A DNA stretch of 64,000 nt from positions 4,359 through 68,358 of the forward strand of contig CAZQNP010000003.1 of NCBI GenBank assembly GCA_964594645.1, read 5' to 3'. Source of the stretch: an uncultured Candidatus Planktophila sp. GTDB lineage: Bacteria; Actinomycetota; Actinomycetes; Nanopelagicales; Nanopelagicaceae. The notes beneath the pieces are model-generated. The model searched no databases, was not told the DNA's origin, and was given only the letters and a program-made list of their open reading frames with translations. Shown here piece by piece: positions 21,681 through 34,147 of the stretch (position 1 is its first letter; every line of letters starts with the position of its first letter). The position numbers and the translations under genes are program-made.

Positions 21681-22387
21681 AACTCAACTGGAAGAGTTGT
21701 TGCAACGCCTGTAACGATAGAGACAATTTCGGACAAAACGCGATGGACCGCAGGCTCCCCCACCCATAAGTGCTTAGCTTCATCGACTGCAACAATCCTT
21801 ATCTTTGGAACTATCGCAAATCTTTCACGGGCTGCTTCTGGCTGTAGGTAGTCATCAAGTTCAGGAACTAAGGCTGTAATCGGACGGGGATCTGCATTCC
21901 AGTAATTGAGCTGCTCATTTGTTGTAGTGCGAAGTGGTGGGCTCAATAGAATTAATCCGTTGTGCCTAGGATCCTTTGCATGTTGCAAGGCAAGATCAGT
22001 TCCAAAGGACCAGCCAGTTACCCATACATTATCAAGCTTCAAAGTATCAAAGCAGTAGCAAAGCATCGCTTCGACATCAAACCGTTCTGACTTTCCATTA
22101 TCAAATTTGCCAGAGCTGCTACCCGCCTCACTTGTTGTTCCGCGTGTATTAAAGCGAACAACTGTTATGCCAGCCATCGCAGGCAATCTATTTGCCGCTT
22201 TTTTATATACATGGCTATCCATCATTCCGCCCGCAGTAGGCAGTGGATGCAAGCATAAAATCCCACCTTTTGAAGCACCTATCGGTGCTGCAACTTCTCC
22301 TATGAGATCAACGCCATCTTCGGTAGTGACATGAAATTGAGTTCGTGTTGCCTCAAAGACACTGCTCGGACGTACTGTCTCACTCAT
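21677..22387 (-). CDS. Alpha/beta hydrolase
   Basis: HPLPTAGGMMDSH, RFNTRG, GWSFG nucleophile elbow. Confidence 0.85.
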   Translation of the reverse strand: MSETVRPSSVFEATRTQFHVTTEDGVDLIGEVAAPIGASKGGILCLHPLPTAGGMMDSHVYKKAANRLPAMAGITVVRFNTRGTTSEAGSSSGKFDNGKSERFDVEAMLCYCFDTLKLDNVWVTGWSFGTDLALQHAKDPRHNGLILLSPPLRTTTNEQLNYWNADPRPITALVPELDDYLQPEAARERFAIVPKIRIVAVDEAKHLWVGEPAVHRVLSEIVSIVTGVATTLPVEF

Positions 22388-22425
22388 GCTTCAAATCTTA
22401 TCGATACAGGGCTAGGCTTCATGCC

Positions 22426-23895
22426 ATGGCAAAAACATTTAACTCATTTAATCCTGCAAGTGGCGAGATTATTGGTCGTTATCCGATCTTTACCGCCAAA
22501 GAGGTTGCAACGGTCGTTACTCGCGCTCACGAGGCATCAAAGGGCTGGATTGAACTTGGGTTTAGTGGGCGCAAGAAAGTTTTGCTCGCATGGAGCCGCT
22601 ACATCATCAACAATATTGAGCAGATCGCGCAGTTGATCTCATGGGAGACAGGAAAGCCGCTCAGTGACTCTCGATTAGAGATCGCTAACGCGGTGAACCA
22701 TATTGGCTGGGCTGCCCGCCATGCAGAAGAGATTATGCGCACCTCTCATCGTGCACCAGGTGCGCTTATGGCAAATATGTCCGCCACCGTTGAGCGATCA
22801 CCGTTAGGTGTTGTTGGTGTGATTGGACCTTGGAATTACCCAATCTTTACTCCGATTGGCTCTATCGCATACGCCTTAGCTGCTGGAAATACCGTTGTAT
22901 TTAAGCCAAGTGAGTACACACCTGGTGTTGGCATGTGGATGGATGAGAGCTTTAACACCGTTGCTCCCTTTGCAGGAATCTTCACCACAATTACAGGTTT
23001 GGCAGAGACCGGAAACGCTCTCTGCACCTCTGCAATTAACAAGCTCTCCTTTACCGGATCAACTCGAACTGCAAAGTTAGTAGCTGCCGCTTGCGCAACA
23101 CAAATGACTCCGGTTGTCCTTGAATGTGGTGGAAAAGATCCGGTTATCGTCGCATCCGATGCCAATATAGATCGAGCGGTGGATGCAACTATTTGGTCTG
23201 CCATGGCCAACGCCGGCCAATCTTGCATTGGGGCTGAGCGTGTATATGTTGATGAGAGTGTTGCAGATATCTTTATTGAAAAGGCGATTGCCTTAGCTTC
23301 AACCTTAAAGGCTGGTGCACCCGGTGAAGGAAATTACGGGGCTTCCACAATGCCTTCACAGATTGGTGTTATTTCCTCCCACATTAAAGCTGCGATTAAA
23401 GATGGCGGAAAATTTGCATACGGCAGTATGAAATCTATTCAAGAGCCATTTGTGCAACCAGTGATCTTGGTTGATGTTCCTGAAAGCTCAGCTGCGGTTC
23501 GAGAAGAAACGTTTGGGCCGATCATCATCATCAATCGGGTTAAGTCGATGAAGGAGGCAATTGCCTTATCAAACAACTCTCGATATGGCTTAGGTGCAAA
23601 CATCTGGTCGAAACGACAAGGCAAGAAGATCGCATCACAACTGCAATGCGGAATGGTTGCCATTAACTCGACATTTTCATTTGCAGCGATCTCTTCGGTG
23701 CCTTTTGGTGGGGTTAAAGAGAGCGGATACGGTCGCATTCATGGCCCAGAAGGTTTACTGGAGTACACCTACGCCCGCACCGTTGTGAGAACTAGAGTAA
23801 ATCTTCCGCTCAAGATTTTGAGTTTCAAGCGAACAGCTGCCACCGATCGCCTTATCGTTAGGGCTTCGCGATTACTAAAGGGTCGTTTAGGGTAA
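22426..23895 (+). CDS. Aldehyde dehydrogenase family protein
   Basis: PWNYP, KPSE, FTGST, ECGGKDP, GQSC, EETFGP, PFGGVKESG; start ATG 22426 follows a TAGGCT -10. Confidence 0.92.
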   Translation: MAKTFNSFNPASGEIIGRYPIFTAKEVATVVTRAHEASKGWIELGFSGRKKVLLAWSRYIINNIEQIAQLISWETGKPLSDSRLEIANAVNHIGWAARHAEEIMRTSHRAPGALMANMSATVERSPLGVVGVIGPWNYPIFTPIGSIAYALAAGNTVVFKPSEYTPGVGMWMDESFNTVAPFAGIFTTITGLAETGNALCTSAINKLSFTGSTRTAKLVAAACATQMTPVVLECGGKDPVIVASDANIDRAVDATIWSAMANAGQSCIGAERVYVDESVADIFIEKAIALASTLKAGAPGEGNYGASTMPSQIGVISSHIKAAIKDGGKFAYGSMKSIQEPFVQPVILVDVPESSAAVREETFGPIIIINRVKSMKEAIALSNNSRYGLGANIWSKRQGKKIASQLQCGMVAINSTFSFAAISSVPFGGVKESGYGRIHGPEGLLEYTYARTVVRTRVNLPLKILSFKRTAATDRLIVRASRLLKGRLG

Positions 23896-23914
23896 TTAGG
23901 AAAAAGCGTATGTG

Positions 23915-24232
23915 CTAGAAACGCGGTGCGTTTCGAGTGCGTTCAGTATTTGGTCGACGCTTATCTTTCTTTGCCCAGCAAGCGGTATGCCAATGGCGAC
24001 GTCCATCTTCATCGTAATCTTTCCAAGCAACAACATGTGGTGTTGCTAGTGGAATCAGCTGATCACACCCTGGGCAGCGATATGGCTTTGTTGATCCAGA
24101 ACCAGTTAAACGCCGAACGATGTAAATGCCATCGCTGTGCTCCTCAACGCTCTCACCTGTAGAGGCGATATTGATCTCCCGAGGTTCCTCGGGCTTTTGT
24201 CGCTTCTTTGGGTAATTTCTACGCGGGCTCAC
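23915..24232 (-). CDS. Small conserved actinobacterial Zn-binding protein (often labelled ATP/GTP-binding protein)
   Basis: MSPRRN, KPYRCPGCDQ, HVVAW, RRHWHTACW. Confidence 0.82.
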   Translation of the reverse strand: MSPRRNYPKKRQKPEEPREINIASTGESVEEHSDGIYIVRRLTGSGSTKPYRCPGCDQLIPLATPHVVAWKDYDEDGRRHWHTACWAKKDKRRPNTERTRNAPRF

Positions 24233-24262
24233 AGGCTTATTTTCTCATAGTAAAGTAACCAC

Positions 24263-25114
24263 ATGAGCCTCATCGAAGTAAAAGGCCTCACTAAACATTA
24301 CGGTGATGTTCATGCCGTGCGTGGATTAGATCTAACAATCGAGCAAGGCGAGATCTTTTCTATCTTGGGCCCCAATGGTGCGGGTAAGACAACAACGGTT
24401 GAGATTCTTGAAGGGTTTAGAAGCCGTGATTCAGGGTCGGTTTCAGTTTTAGGTTTTGATCCCAGTACCAAAGGTAATCAATCTCGCCAATGGCGCGACA
24501 GAATCGGAATCGTTTTACAGACATCTGCCGATGCTGGTGATTTAACCGTCTTTGAAACAATTAATCATTTCAGCGGATACTACTCAAATCCGCGGGATGT
24601 TGAAGAGGTAATCGACTCTGTAGGTTTGCAGGAAAAGCGAGATGCGCTGATTCGCAACCTTTCTGGTGGGCAGCGCAGGCGCTTAGATGTTGCTCTTGGA
24701 ATTATCGGAAACCCAGAGCTTCTTTTCTTAGATGAACCAACGACCGGCTTTGATCCGGAAGCTCGACGTGCCTTTTGGGCATTGATCAAGAAGTTACGGG
24801 ACGATGGCGCAACAATTGTGCTCACAACCCACTACCTAGATGAGGCAGAAGCACTTGCCGATCGGGTTGCGGTGATCAACAAAGGTGTCATCGTAGAAAT
24901 CTCTACTCCTGCCGAACTGGGTGGAAGATCCACCTCACAAGCCACCGTTCAGTGGCGAGATGGAGAACAGATTAAATCTGAAAGAACAGATAATCCGACC
25001 TCTTTGGTTTCATCTCTTTCAGCAAAATTTAACGGCGAAGTGCCTGAGTTAATTGTTTCTCGTCCCTCACTTGAGGATATCTACCTCGAGATGATTGGAG
25101 GGGTTGATGAATAA
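24263..25114 (+). CDS. ABC-2 exporter ATP-binding subunit
   Basis: GPNGAGKT, LSGGQ, LDEPTTG, TTHY. Confidence 0.93.
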   Translation: MSLIEVKGLTKHYGDVHAVRGLDLTIEQGEIFSILGPNGAGKTTTVEILEGFRSRDSGSVSVLGFDPSTKGNQSRQWRDRIGIVLQTSADAGDLTVFETINHFSGYYSNPRDVEEVIDSVGLQEKRDALIRNLSGGQRRRLDVALGIIGNPELLFLDEPTTGFDPEARRAFWALIKKLRDDGATIVLTTHYLDEAEALADRVAVINKGVIVEISTPAELGGRSTSQATVQWRDGEQIKSERTDNPTSLVSSLSAKFNGEVPELIVSRPSLEDIYLEMIGGVDE

Positions 25115-25901
25115 GATTCCATCCGCCCTTCAGCTAGGAATCCGACGTGGCGGTCTCGAGATTCGCCAGTTTGCACGTCAGCGTGAATCAGTAGTTTTCA
25201 CACTGTTGTTTCCAGTTATCTTGCTAGCTATTTTTGGCTCGGTATTTCAAGACACGATTGCACCTGGAGTTACCTTTTCGCAGTACTTTGTAGCCGGAAT
25301 GATCGCATCAGGTCTTGTTAATACTGGTTTTCAAGCGTTAGCTATCACGATTCCGATGGAGCGTGATGTCGGTGCGTTAAAGCGTTTACGTGGAACGCCA
25401 ATGCCTGCATCAAGTTACTTCATTGGCAAGGCAATTTTGATCTTTGTCAGCATGGTAATTCAAATTCTCTTGCTTTTGGGATTTGGAGTTGCTTTCTTTG
25501 GATTGAATATGCCAACTGATTCAAGCAAATGGCTGACCTTTGCCTGGCTAGTTTTGCTAGGTAGCGCATGTTCGACCGCACTTGGAATCGCCTTTTCTAT
25601 TGTTCCAAAGAGCGGGCGTGGTGCTTCAGCGGTGGTTTCACCAATTGTCATTATCTTGCAGTTCTTTAGTGGTGTCTTCTTTGTATTCACACAGCTTCCA
25701 ACATGGATGCAACAGGTAGCTGCGATCTTCCCGTTGAAGTGGCTTACTCAAGGTATGCGATCTGTCTTCCTGCCAGAATCATTCGCATCGCAAGAGGTGG
25801 CAAAGTCATGGGAGCTACAAACAACCTTTGTGGTGTTAATGATTTGGCTTGCTATCGGGGTGTACTTCAGCGTACGTAAGTTCAAGTGGGATCGTGACTA
25901 A
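25107..25901 (+). CDS. ABC-2 exporter permease
   Basis: ER..GALKRLRGTP, QFFSGVF, FPLKW; six TM segments; ATG at 25107. Confidence 0.9.
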   Translation: MNKIPSALQLGIRRGGLEIRQFARQRESVVFTLLFPVILLAIFGSVFQDTIAPGVTFSQYFVAGMIASGLVNTGFQALAITIPMERDVGALKRLRGTPMPASSYFIGKAILIFVSMVIQILLLLGFGVAFFGLNMPTDSSKWLTFAWLVLLGSACSTALGIAFSIVPKSGRGASAVVSPIVIILQFFSGVFFVFTQLPTWMQQVAAIFPLKWLTQGMRSVFLPESFASQEVAKSWELQTTFVVLMIWLAIGVYFSVRKFKWDRD

Positions 25902-26454
25902 GAAGGCGATCGCACTCGTTCTGGCCCTTGTTCTACTAGCGCCAGCGGCTCACTCTGCCCAAAGCTCTATAGTTGCAGCAACCAAGAAGTCCAAGGTAAC
26001 GCCGTCACCATCTCCGGTATGGCCCCCCAAAGGTTTTATCAGGAGTAAAGATGGCAACACCTTTGCCAAGATTCCAACAGCTAAAGAGTTGGTGGGGCTT
26101 GCATCAAATGACAAGGTGCTCACTCGTGCCTTGGCACGAACGGTAGATGGCGTGCCAGTATGTGAGAAGTTTTCATGTGGTGCGGTTCAGGTCGCCTCAT
26201 TGACTGGTTGCACCTGGTGGGTTGTCACCGCAAATATTCGTGGGGTTGTCTCACCAGAGGACAAAACAAGAAAGATCTTTGGGACAGTCAGAACCACGCA
26301 TCCACAAACGGGTGCAAAGAAGTACGCAACAATATTGATTGTGAGTCAGGAACCAATTGAGCTAGAGCACTCAGTTTCAAGCATTAGAGCTTCATGCCGC
26401 AGAGATGTTCCGCAAGAGAAGGTTCCGGGAACAACTTACACAGTAATACCTTAG
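25894..26454 (+). CDS. Secreted hypothetical protein with four Cys
   Basis: GTG 25894 overlaps the permease end; signal peptide MTKKAIALVLALVLLAPAAHSA; CEKFSCG, GCTWW, ASC. Confidence 0.7.
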   Translation: MTKKAIALVLALVLLAPAAHSAQSSIVAATKKSKVTPSPSPVWPPKGFIRSKDGNTFAKIPTAKELVGLASNDKVLTRALARTVDGVPVCEKFSCGAVQVASLTGCTWWVVTANIRGVVSPEDKTRKIFGTVRTTHPQTGAKKYATILIVSQEPIELEHSVSSIRASCRRDVPQEKVPGTTYTVIP

Positions 26455-27023
26455 CGATTGGCTCCTGGCACCCATAGCTGATCGCCTAGCTCTCTGTTTG
26501 CATAACGAGCTAGTACAAAGAGTAAATCAGAGCAACGGTTGAGGTACTTAGCGGTTAGTGGATTTACTCCACCACCAAATGCATGGATAGCGGCCCACGT
26601 GCATCGCTCTGCACGTCGAACTACTGTGCGCGCTACATGAAGATGTGCCGCAGATGGAGTTCCGGAAGGCAGGACAAATGAACGTAGTGATTCTAGATCG
26701 GCGTTGTACTTATCGATCTGCTCTTCTAAGTAAGTAACTTGTGACTCAAGAACTCGCAGTGGCTCAAAAGCTGGAGAGTCGACAACTGGAGTACAAAGAT
26801 CTGCACCTACATCGAAGAGATCATTTTGGATTCGCACCAAGAGCGCGCGCATATCTTCAGTTAAGCCATCGGTTGAGAGAACTACGCCGATTGTTGAGTT
26901 AGCCTCATCAACCGTTGCATACGCTTCAAGACGTGGGTCATTTTTCGAGGTACGGCTCATGTCTCCTAGAGATGTTGTTCCGTCATCGCCAGTCTTTGTG
27001 TAAATGCGCGTTAAATTAACCAT
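26451..27023 (-). CDS. Cob(I)alamin adenosyltransferase, PduO type
   Basis: IYTKTGDDGTT, DEANS, IQNDLFD, FVLP, RRAER, YLNRCSD. Confidence 0.93.
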   Translation of the reverse strand: MVNLTRIYTKTGDDGTTSLGDMSRTSKNDPRLEAYATVDEANSTIGVVLSTDGLTEDMRALLVRIQNDLFDVGADLCTPVVDSPAFEPLRVLESQVTYLEEQIDKYNADLESLRSFVLPSGTPSAAHLHVARTVVRRAERCTWAAIHAFGGGVNPLTAKYLNRCSDLLFVLARYANRELGDQLWVPGANR

Positions 27024-27051
27024 GTGCTTACCTTATAAGTAGACTGCACCT

Positions 27052-28311
27052 ATGGCATCCCACGATCGCTTCCGCATAGTTGGCGGAACCTCCCTACGCG
27101 GAGAGGTCTCTGTGACCGGTGCCAAGAACTCAGTTTTAAAGCTTATGGCCGCCTCATTACTGGCTGCGGGTACAACAACCATCAGAAATGTTCCCGATAT
27201 CGCCGATGTGGAGATTATGGCCGATCTCTTGACCCGCCTTGGCTGCACAGTTGTTCGTGGAGCCGACACCGTCACAATTACCGTTCCGCAAGAGCCTGCC
27301 CACCGCGCAGATTATGACTTGGTGCGAAAGATGCGCGCATCGATCAATGTATTGGGGCCGCTAGTTGCACGTGTAGGTCTTGCCGATGTTGCACTTCCTG
27401 GCGGAGATGCGATCGGATCTCGTGGCTTAGATTTTCACATCAAGGGGCTTGAAGCACTTGGCGCAAAAGCCCATATTGAACATGGATATGTAATCGCTGA
27501 AGCACCTGATGGTCTAACTGGAGCACCAGTGGATTTGGATTTTCCAAGTGTGGGTGCGACTGAAAACATTATGACGGCTGCTGTTTTGGCTAAGGGTGTA
27601 ACAACAATCGATAACGCAGCTCGTGAACCCGATATTGTTGATTTAGGTGAGTTCCTGATTTCGATGGGTGCAAAGATTGAAGGTCTTGGCTCTCCATTAA
27701 TCACAATTACAGGTGTTGAAGTTCTAAATCCAACTGATCACACAACTATTACAGATCGCATCATCACCGGAACCTGGGCATTTGCTGCAGCGATGACCCG
27801 TGGTGACATCACCATTCATGGAGCTCGACCTGAACACCTAGAGCTTCCGCTTGAAAAGTTGGCCTCTGCAGGTGCAATCATCACCTCAACCGCCGATGGC
27901 ATTCGAGTGAAGATGGATTCACGCCCACAAGCAATTGATGTCGCAACACTTCCCTACCCTGGATTTCCTACCGATTTACTTCCGATGGTGATCGCCCTGA
28001 ACGCGATCGCTGATGGCCACTCATTGGTAACTGAAAATGTCTTTGAATCACGCTTTATGTTTGTAAATGAACTTAGCCGCTTGGGCGCACAGGTCAGTGT
28101 TGATGGCCATCATGCATCAATCAACGGCGTAGAAGAACTATCTGGGGCACCAGTAGAAGCTCACGATATCCGCGCAGGTGCAGGCTTAATTCTGGCTGCA
28201 CTAGTCGCTGATGGAGAAACCACTGTAGATCAGGCTTTCCACGTCGACCGCGGCTACCCTAACTTCGCCGAACAGTTGCAAAGCCTTGGGGCTCAAGTCA
28301 CCCGCGAGTGA
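27052..28311 (+). CDS. murA: UDP-N-acetylglucosamine 1-carboxyvinyltransferase (Cys-to-Asp, fosfomycin-insensitive type)
   Basis: [41 protein letters not shown]. Confidence 0.95.
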   Translation: MASHDRFRIVGGTSLRGEVSVTGAKNSVLKLMAASLLAAGTTTIRNVPDIADVEIMADLLTRLGCTVVRGADTVTITVPQEPAHRADYDLVRKMRASINVLGPLVARVGLADVALPGGDAIGSRGLDFHIKGLEALGAKAHIEHGYVIAEAPDGLTGAPVDLDFPSVGATENIMTAAVLAKGVTTIDNAAREPDIVDLGEFLISMGAKIEGLGSPLITITGVEVLNPTDHTTITDRIITGTWAFAAAMTRGDITIHGARPEHLELPLEKLASAGAIITSTADGIRVKMDSRPQAIDVATLPYPGFPTDLLPMVIALNAIADGHSLVTENVFESRFMFVNELSRLGAQVSVDGHHASINGVEELSGAPVEAHDIRAGAGLILAALVADGETTVDQAFHVDRGYPNFAEQLQSLGAQVTRE

Positions 28312-28332
28312 AATTACCTTCAACGCAGAAAC

Positions 28333-28446
28333 GAGTTAATTTTTAGCGGAGAAAAGTGTGTAGTTGCTTCTGCGATTCAAAGAGCAATTTCTAGTGGAAA
28401 AAGTGTGTAGTTGCTTCTTCATCTTTTTGGAACTAGAAAATTGCTC
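28333..28446. repeat. Two-copy degenerate direct repeat (about 38 bp) with an overlapping inverted repeat between convergent murA and atpC
   Basis: AAAAGTGTGTAGTTGCTTCT is identical at 28352-28371 and 28399-28418; GAGCAATTTCTAGT (28382-28395) pairs with ACTAGAAAATTGCTC (28432-28446). Confidence 0.75.
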
Positions 28447-28449
28447 GCT

Positions 28450-28701
28450 TTACTTAACAGACTCCGTCAGTATCGAAACTCGGTTATTTGCAACTGAAAG
28501 GAATCCACCACTGACACCAAACTCAGTAGTGGTCCCATCAGCACCCTTAATGCTTACCTGACCGTCGACAAGTACCGCAAAGAGCGCGGTGTGATCGGTC
28601 AAGATACCGATATCACCTTCGATGGTGCGCGCTGAGACAGACTCTGCCTCGCCCGACCACACGCGCTGCGTTGGAGAAACTAGTTCGACTTTAAGTGTCA
28701 T
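28450..28701 (-). CDS. atpC: ATP synthase epsilon subunit (beta-sandwich only, 83 aa)
   Basis: ELVSP...VWSGEA, EGDIGIL..H, VSGGFLSV; last gene of the atp operon. Confidence 0.92.
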   Translation of the reverse strand: MTLKVELVSPTQRVWSGEAESVSARTIEGDIGILTDHTALFAVLVDGQVSIKGADGTTTEFGVSGGFLSVANNRVSILTESVK

Positions 28702-28707
28702 GATCTA

Positions 28708-31049
<2,342 letters not shown>

Positions 31050-31052
31050 GGG

Positions 31053-32693
31053 TTACTTCTTCACCGCCGGTTGGACATATCTGGTTACAGACTCTGCCTC
31101 TACGCCATCTAGCGCCTCTGCTTCTGCCTCATTAAGAGGTGCAGCAACAGATGACTTAAAGATCTTCTTAAATGCAGTAACCGCTTCTTCCATCTTTGCG
31201 ATGGTGTCATCATCTAGCTGCTTAGTCTCAGAGATAACAGCGTTGATCTCCTTGCGTTCGCGGCCGATAAAGTCGAGCAGCTCTGCTTCAAAGCGACGGA
31301 TGTCAGCAACTGCAACATCATCTAGCTTTCCTGTTGTTCCCGCCCAGATTGAAACGATCTGACGCTCGAGTGAGTACGGTGAGTACTGACCTTGCTTGAG
31401 AAGTTCAACCATGCGAGCACCGCGCTCAAGCTGTGCCTTAGATGCAGCATCAAGATCTGAACCGAAGGCTGCGAAGGCTTCAAGTTCACGGTACTGAGCT
31501 AGATCTAGACGTAGACGTCCAGCGATCTTCTTCATCGCCTTTGTCTGCGCAGAGCTACCTACACGAGAAACAGAAACACCTACGTTGATCGCTGGGCGAA
31601 CACCGGCGTTGAAAAGATCTGTTTCAAAGAAGCACTGACCATCGGTAATAGAGATTACGTTTGTAGGAATAAAGGCAGAAACGTCATTTCCCTTTGTTTC
31701 GATGATTGGCAAACCGGTCATCGAACCGCCACCCAAATCATCTGAAAGCTTTGCGCAACGCTCTAGCAAACGTGAGTGTAAGTAGAAAACATCTCCTGGG
31801 TACGCTTCGCGGCCTGGTGGACGGCGAAGTAGAAGTGAGACTGAACGGTATGCCTCAGCCTGCTTTGATAAATCATCAAACACGATAAGAACATGCTCAC
31901 CCTTGTACATCCAGTGCTGACCAATTGCAGAACCTGTGTAAGGAGATAGGTACTTGAAACCAGCTGGATCTGATGCAGGAGATGCAACGATCGTTGTGTA
32001 CTCCATTGCGCCAGCTTCTTCGAGAGCAGCCTTTACAGATGCAATCGTTGAGCCCTTCTGTCCGATAGCAACATAGATGCACTTGACCTGCTTCTTCTTG
32101 TCGCCAGACTTCCAGTTTTCCTTCTGGTTAATAATTGTGTCTACCGCAACCGCTGTCTTACCTGTCTGACGGTCACCAATGATCAGCTGGCGCTGTCCGC
32201 GACCAATAGCTGTCATCGCATCGATCGCCTTGATACCAGTTGCAAGCGGCTCCTTAACAGGTTGGCGCTGAACTACAGAGGGAGCCTGTAGCTCTAGTGC
32301 ACGACGTGCTTCAGCCTTGATCTCGCCCTTGCCATCAATTGGATTTCCAAGTGCGTCAACAACGCGACCTAGGAAGCCATCGCCCACTGGTACAGAGAGA
32401 ATTTCACCAGTACGACGAACAGATGTTCCTTCTTCAATTCCTGTTGTGCTACCCAAGATAACTGTTCCAATTTCACGAACATCTAGGTTGAGTGCAAGAC
32501 CTAGTGTGCCGTTAGCAAATTGCAATAGCTCATTTGCCATTGTTGAAGGCAAACCTTCAACACGTGCAATGCCATCGCCTGCCTGGCTAACTGTTCCTAC
32601 CTCGTCGCGTGCCGCAACGCCTGGATCGTATGACTTAACGAAGTTCGCTAAGGCACCCTGAATCTCTTCAGGATTGATCTTTAGGTCTGCCAT
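31053..32693 (-). CDS. atpA: ATP synthase alpha subunit
   Basis: [31 protein letters not shown]. Confidence 0.98.
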   Translation of the reverse strand: MADLKINPEEIQGALANFVKSYDPGVAARDEVGTVSQAGDGIARVEGLPSTMANELLQFANGTLGLALNLDVREIGTVILGSTTGIEEGTSVRRTGEILSVPVGDGFLGRVVDALGNPIDGKGEIKAEARRALELQAPSVVQRQPVKEPLATGIKAIDAMTAIGRGQRQLIIGDRQTGKTAVAVDTIINQKENWKSGDKKKQVKCIYVAIGQKGSTIASVKAALEEAGAMEYTTIVASPASDPAGFKYLSPYTGSAIGQHWMYKGEHVLIVFDDLSKQAEAYRSVSLLLRRPPGREAYPGDVFYLHSRLLERCAKLSDDLGGGSMTGLPIIETKGNDVSAFIPTNVISITDGQCFFETDLFNAGVRPAINVGVSVSRVGSSAQTKAMKKIAGRLRLDLAQYRELEAFAAFGSDLDAASKAQLERGARMVELLKQGQYSPYSLERQIVSIWAGTTGKLDDVAVADIRRFEAELLDFIGRERKEINAVISETKQLDDDTIAKMEEAVTAFKKIFKSSVAAPLNEAEAEALDGVEAESVTRYVQPAVKK

Positions 32694-32705
32694 GTGTTTC
32701 TCCCT

Positions 32706-33533
32706 TTATTTGCTTCCAGCCAAGGCGCGTGCGGCCCCAGCCAAACGATTTGAAACTGATCCATCAACGATTTCATCTGCGAACTTCACTGAAACTCCAC
32801 CCATAACCGCTGGATCGACCTCAATGTTCATGCGAACTGGCTGTCCTACCTGCTTATTAAGCGCTACCGCCAAACGATCTTGCTGTACTTGGCTCATTGG
32901 CGCTGCGATACGAACAAGTGCAATCACACGGTTGCGACGTGCAGCCAAAGCCCATTGGTAATCAGCAAAAGCTGATTCAATGCTTCGTCCGCGCCATGAG
33001 TTCACCATCTGTGTGACTAACTTTGAAGTTGATGCCGATGCATTTTTTAGCAGGTCAGCGACTAGCTGTGCCTTTGCATCATGAGCATCTGATTTAAATG
33101 CTTTGCGAAGCTCAGAGGAGTTAGAGATTGTCTTGGAGACAATAAACATCTCATTTTCAACACGATCTAGCTCTCCTGAAATATTTGCAGCTGATGCTTC
33201 TGCTTCAATAGCAAGCTGCTCAATTACCTGGACTAAGTCCTTAGCTCCCGACCAACGCAAGGATGAGATCTCAGTGAGAAGCGAAAGGCTTGCTGCGCCA
33301 ACCTTCTTGCCCAATAAATCCTTGATCAGAGTTTCCTTGGCTTTACCATCGCGAGATGGATCGGTCAGGGCTCGGCGAATTGAAATATTTGAACCCAAGA
33401 GATCTGCTGCAAAAAAGAGCTCACTGCTCAGTGTTGATGCAGCTGATGCATCTACACCTTTGACGGCAGCATCAAGTGCTGTACGTGCAATCACAAGTGA
33501 TTGACGACTTCCGCCTCCGAGTTGGGCTCTCAT
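32706..33533 (-). CDS. atpH: ATP synthase delta subunit (long actinobacterial form)
   Basis: RRALTDP, RWS, C-terminal VDPAVMGG..V...DEIVDGSV; operon position. Confidence 0.92.
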   Translation of the reverse strand: MRAQLGGGSRQSLVIARTALDAAVKGVDASAASTLSSELFFAADLLGSNISIRRALTDPSRDGKAKETLIKDLLGKKVGAASLSLLTEISSLRWSGAKDLVQVIEQLAIEAEASAANISGELDRVENEMFIVSKTISNSSELRKAFKSDAHDAKAQLVADLLKNASASTSKLVTQMVNSWRGRSIESAFADYQWALAARRNRVIALVRIAAPMSQVQQDRLAVALNKQVGQPVRMNIEVDPAVMGGVSVKFADEIVDGSVSNRLAGAARALAGSK

Positions 33534-33567
33534 TTAGCTTTCTCTCTTCCTTTGATTTCTTTGTGAA

Positions 33568-34101
33568 CTACTTTGATTTTTCTAGATCATCGAGAAAGCG
33601 ATCAACGATGCGTGATTGGCGCGCTTGATCATCAAGGGCTTCTCCAACAATCTTTGATGCTAGCTCGACCGCAAGTGCACCAACTTCATTACGAAGTGAG
33701 GTGATCGCCTGCGCGCGCTCTGCTTCGATCGAGGCATGTGCAGATGCAAGAATTCTTGCTGCATCTTCCTGTGCCTTAGCGCGAAGCTCTTCAATGATTG
33801 CTGCACCTTGAATACGCGCCTCTTCACGAATTGCTTGAGACTCTTCTTGTGCCTTTGAGAGTTGATCTGTGTACTGAACAAGAGCTGTAGCAGCCTCTGC
33901 TTGAGCCTTTTCAGCACGCTCGATACCACTCTCAATCGCCTCTGTGCGTGCTGCATATGCCTTTTCAAACATAGGCACAACCTTGCTGCGAAGTACCAAG
34001 AACAAGAGCGTGAACGCAATTGTTCCGGCAATCAACTCAGAGGTATGCGGGACAAGAGGGTTGAGCTCTCCACCTGCTGCGACTTCAATAAAGCGTTGCA
34101 T
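33568..34101 (-). CDS. atpF: ATP synthase b subunit
   Basis: NPLVP, single TM helix, coiled coil, LASKIVGEAL, VDRFL. Confidence 0.94.
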   Translation of the reverse strand: MQRFIEVAAGGELNPLVPHTSELIAGTIAFTLLFLVLRSKVVPMFEKAYAARTEAIESGIERAEKAQAEAATALVQYTDQLSKAQEESQAIREEARIQGAAIIEELRAKAQEDAARILASAHASIEAERAQAITSLRNEVGALAVELASKIVGEALDDQARQSRIVDRFLDDLEKSK

Positions 34102-34147
34102 CTTTTCTCCTTAGAGAGTTACCAAAGTATTGGGTTGCGATAACCGA

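Noticed and set aside
27394-27423. MurA active-site Cys replaced by Asp (PGGDAIG)
   Set aside because: Well-known actinobacterial variant giving intrinsic fosfomycin insensitivity
28333-28418. Possible mini-CRISPR
   Set aside because: Only two degenerate copies about 10 bp apart, no cas genes or leader
32706-33533. Unusually long ATP synthase delta subunit
   Set aside because: About 270 aa is normal for Actinobacteria
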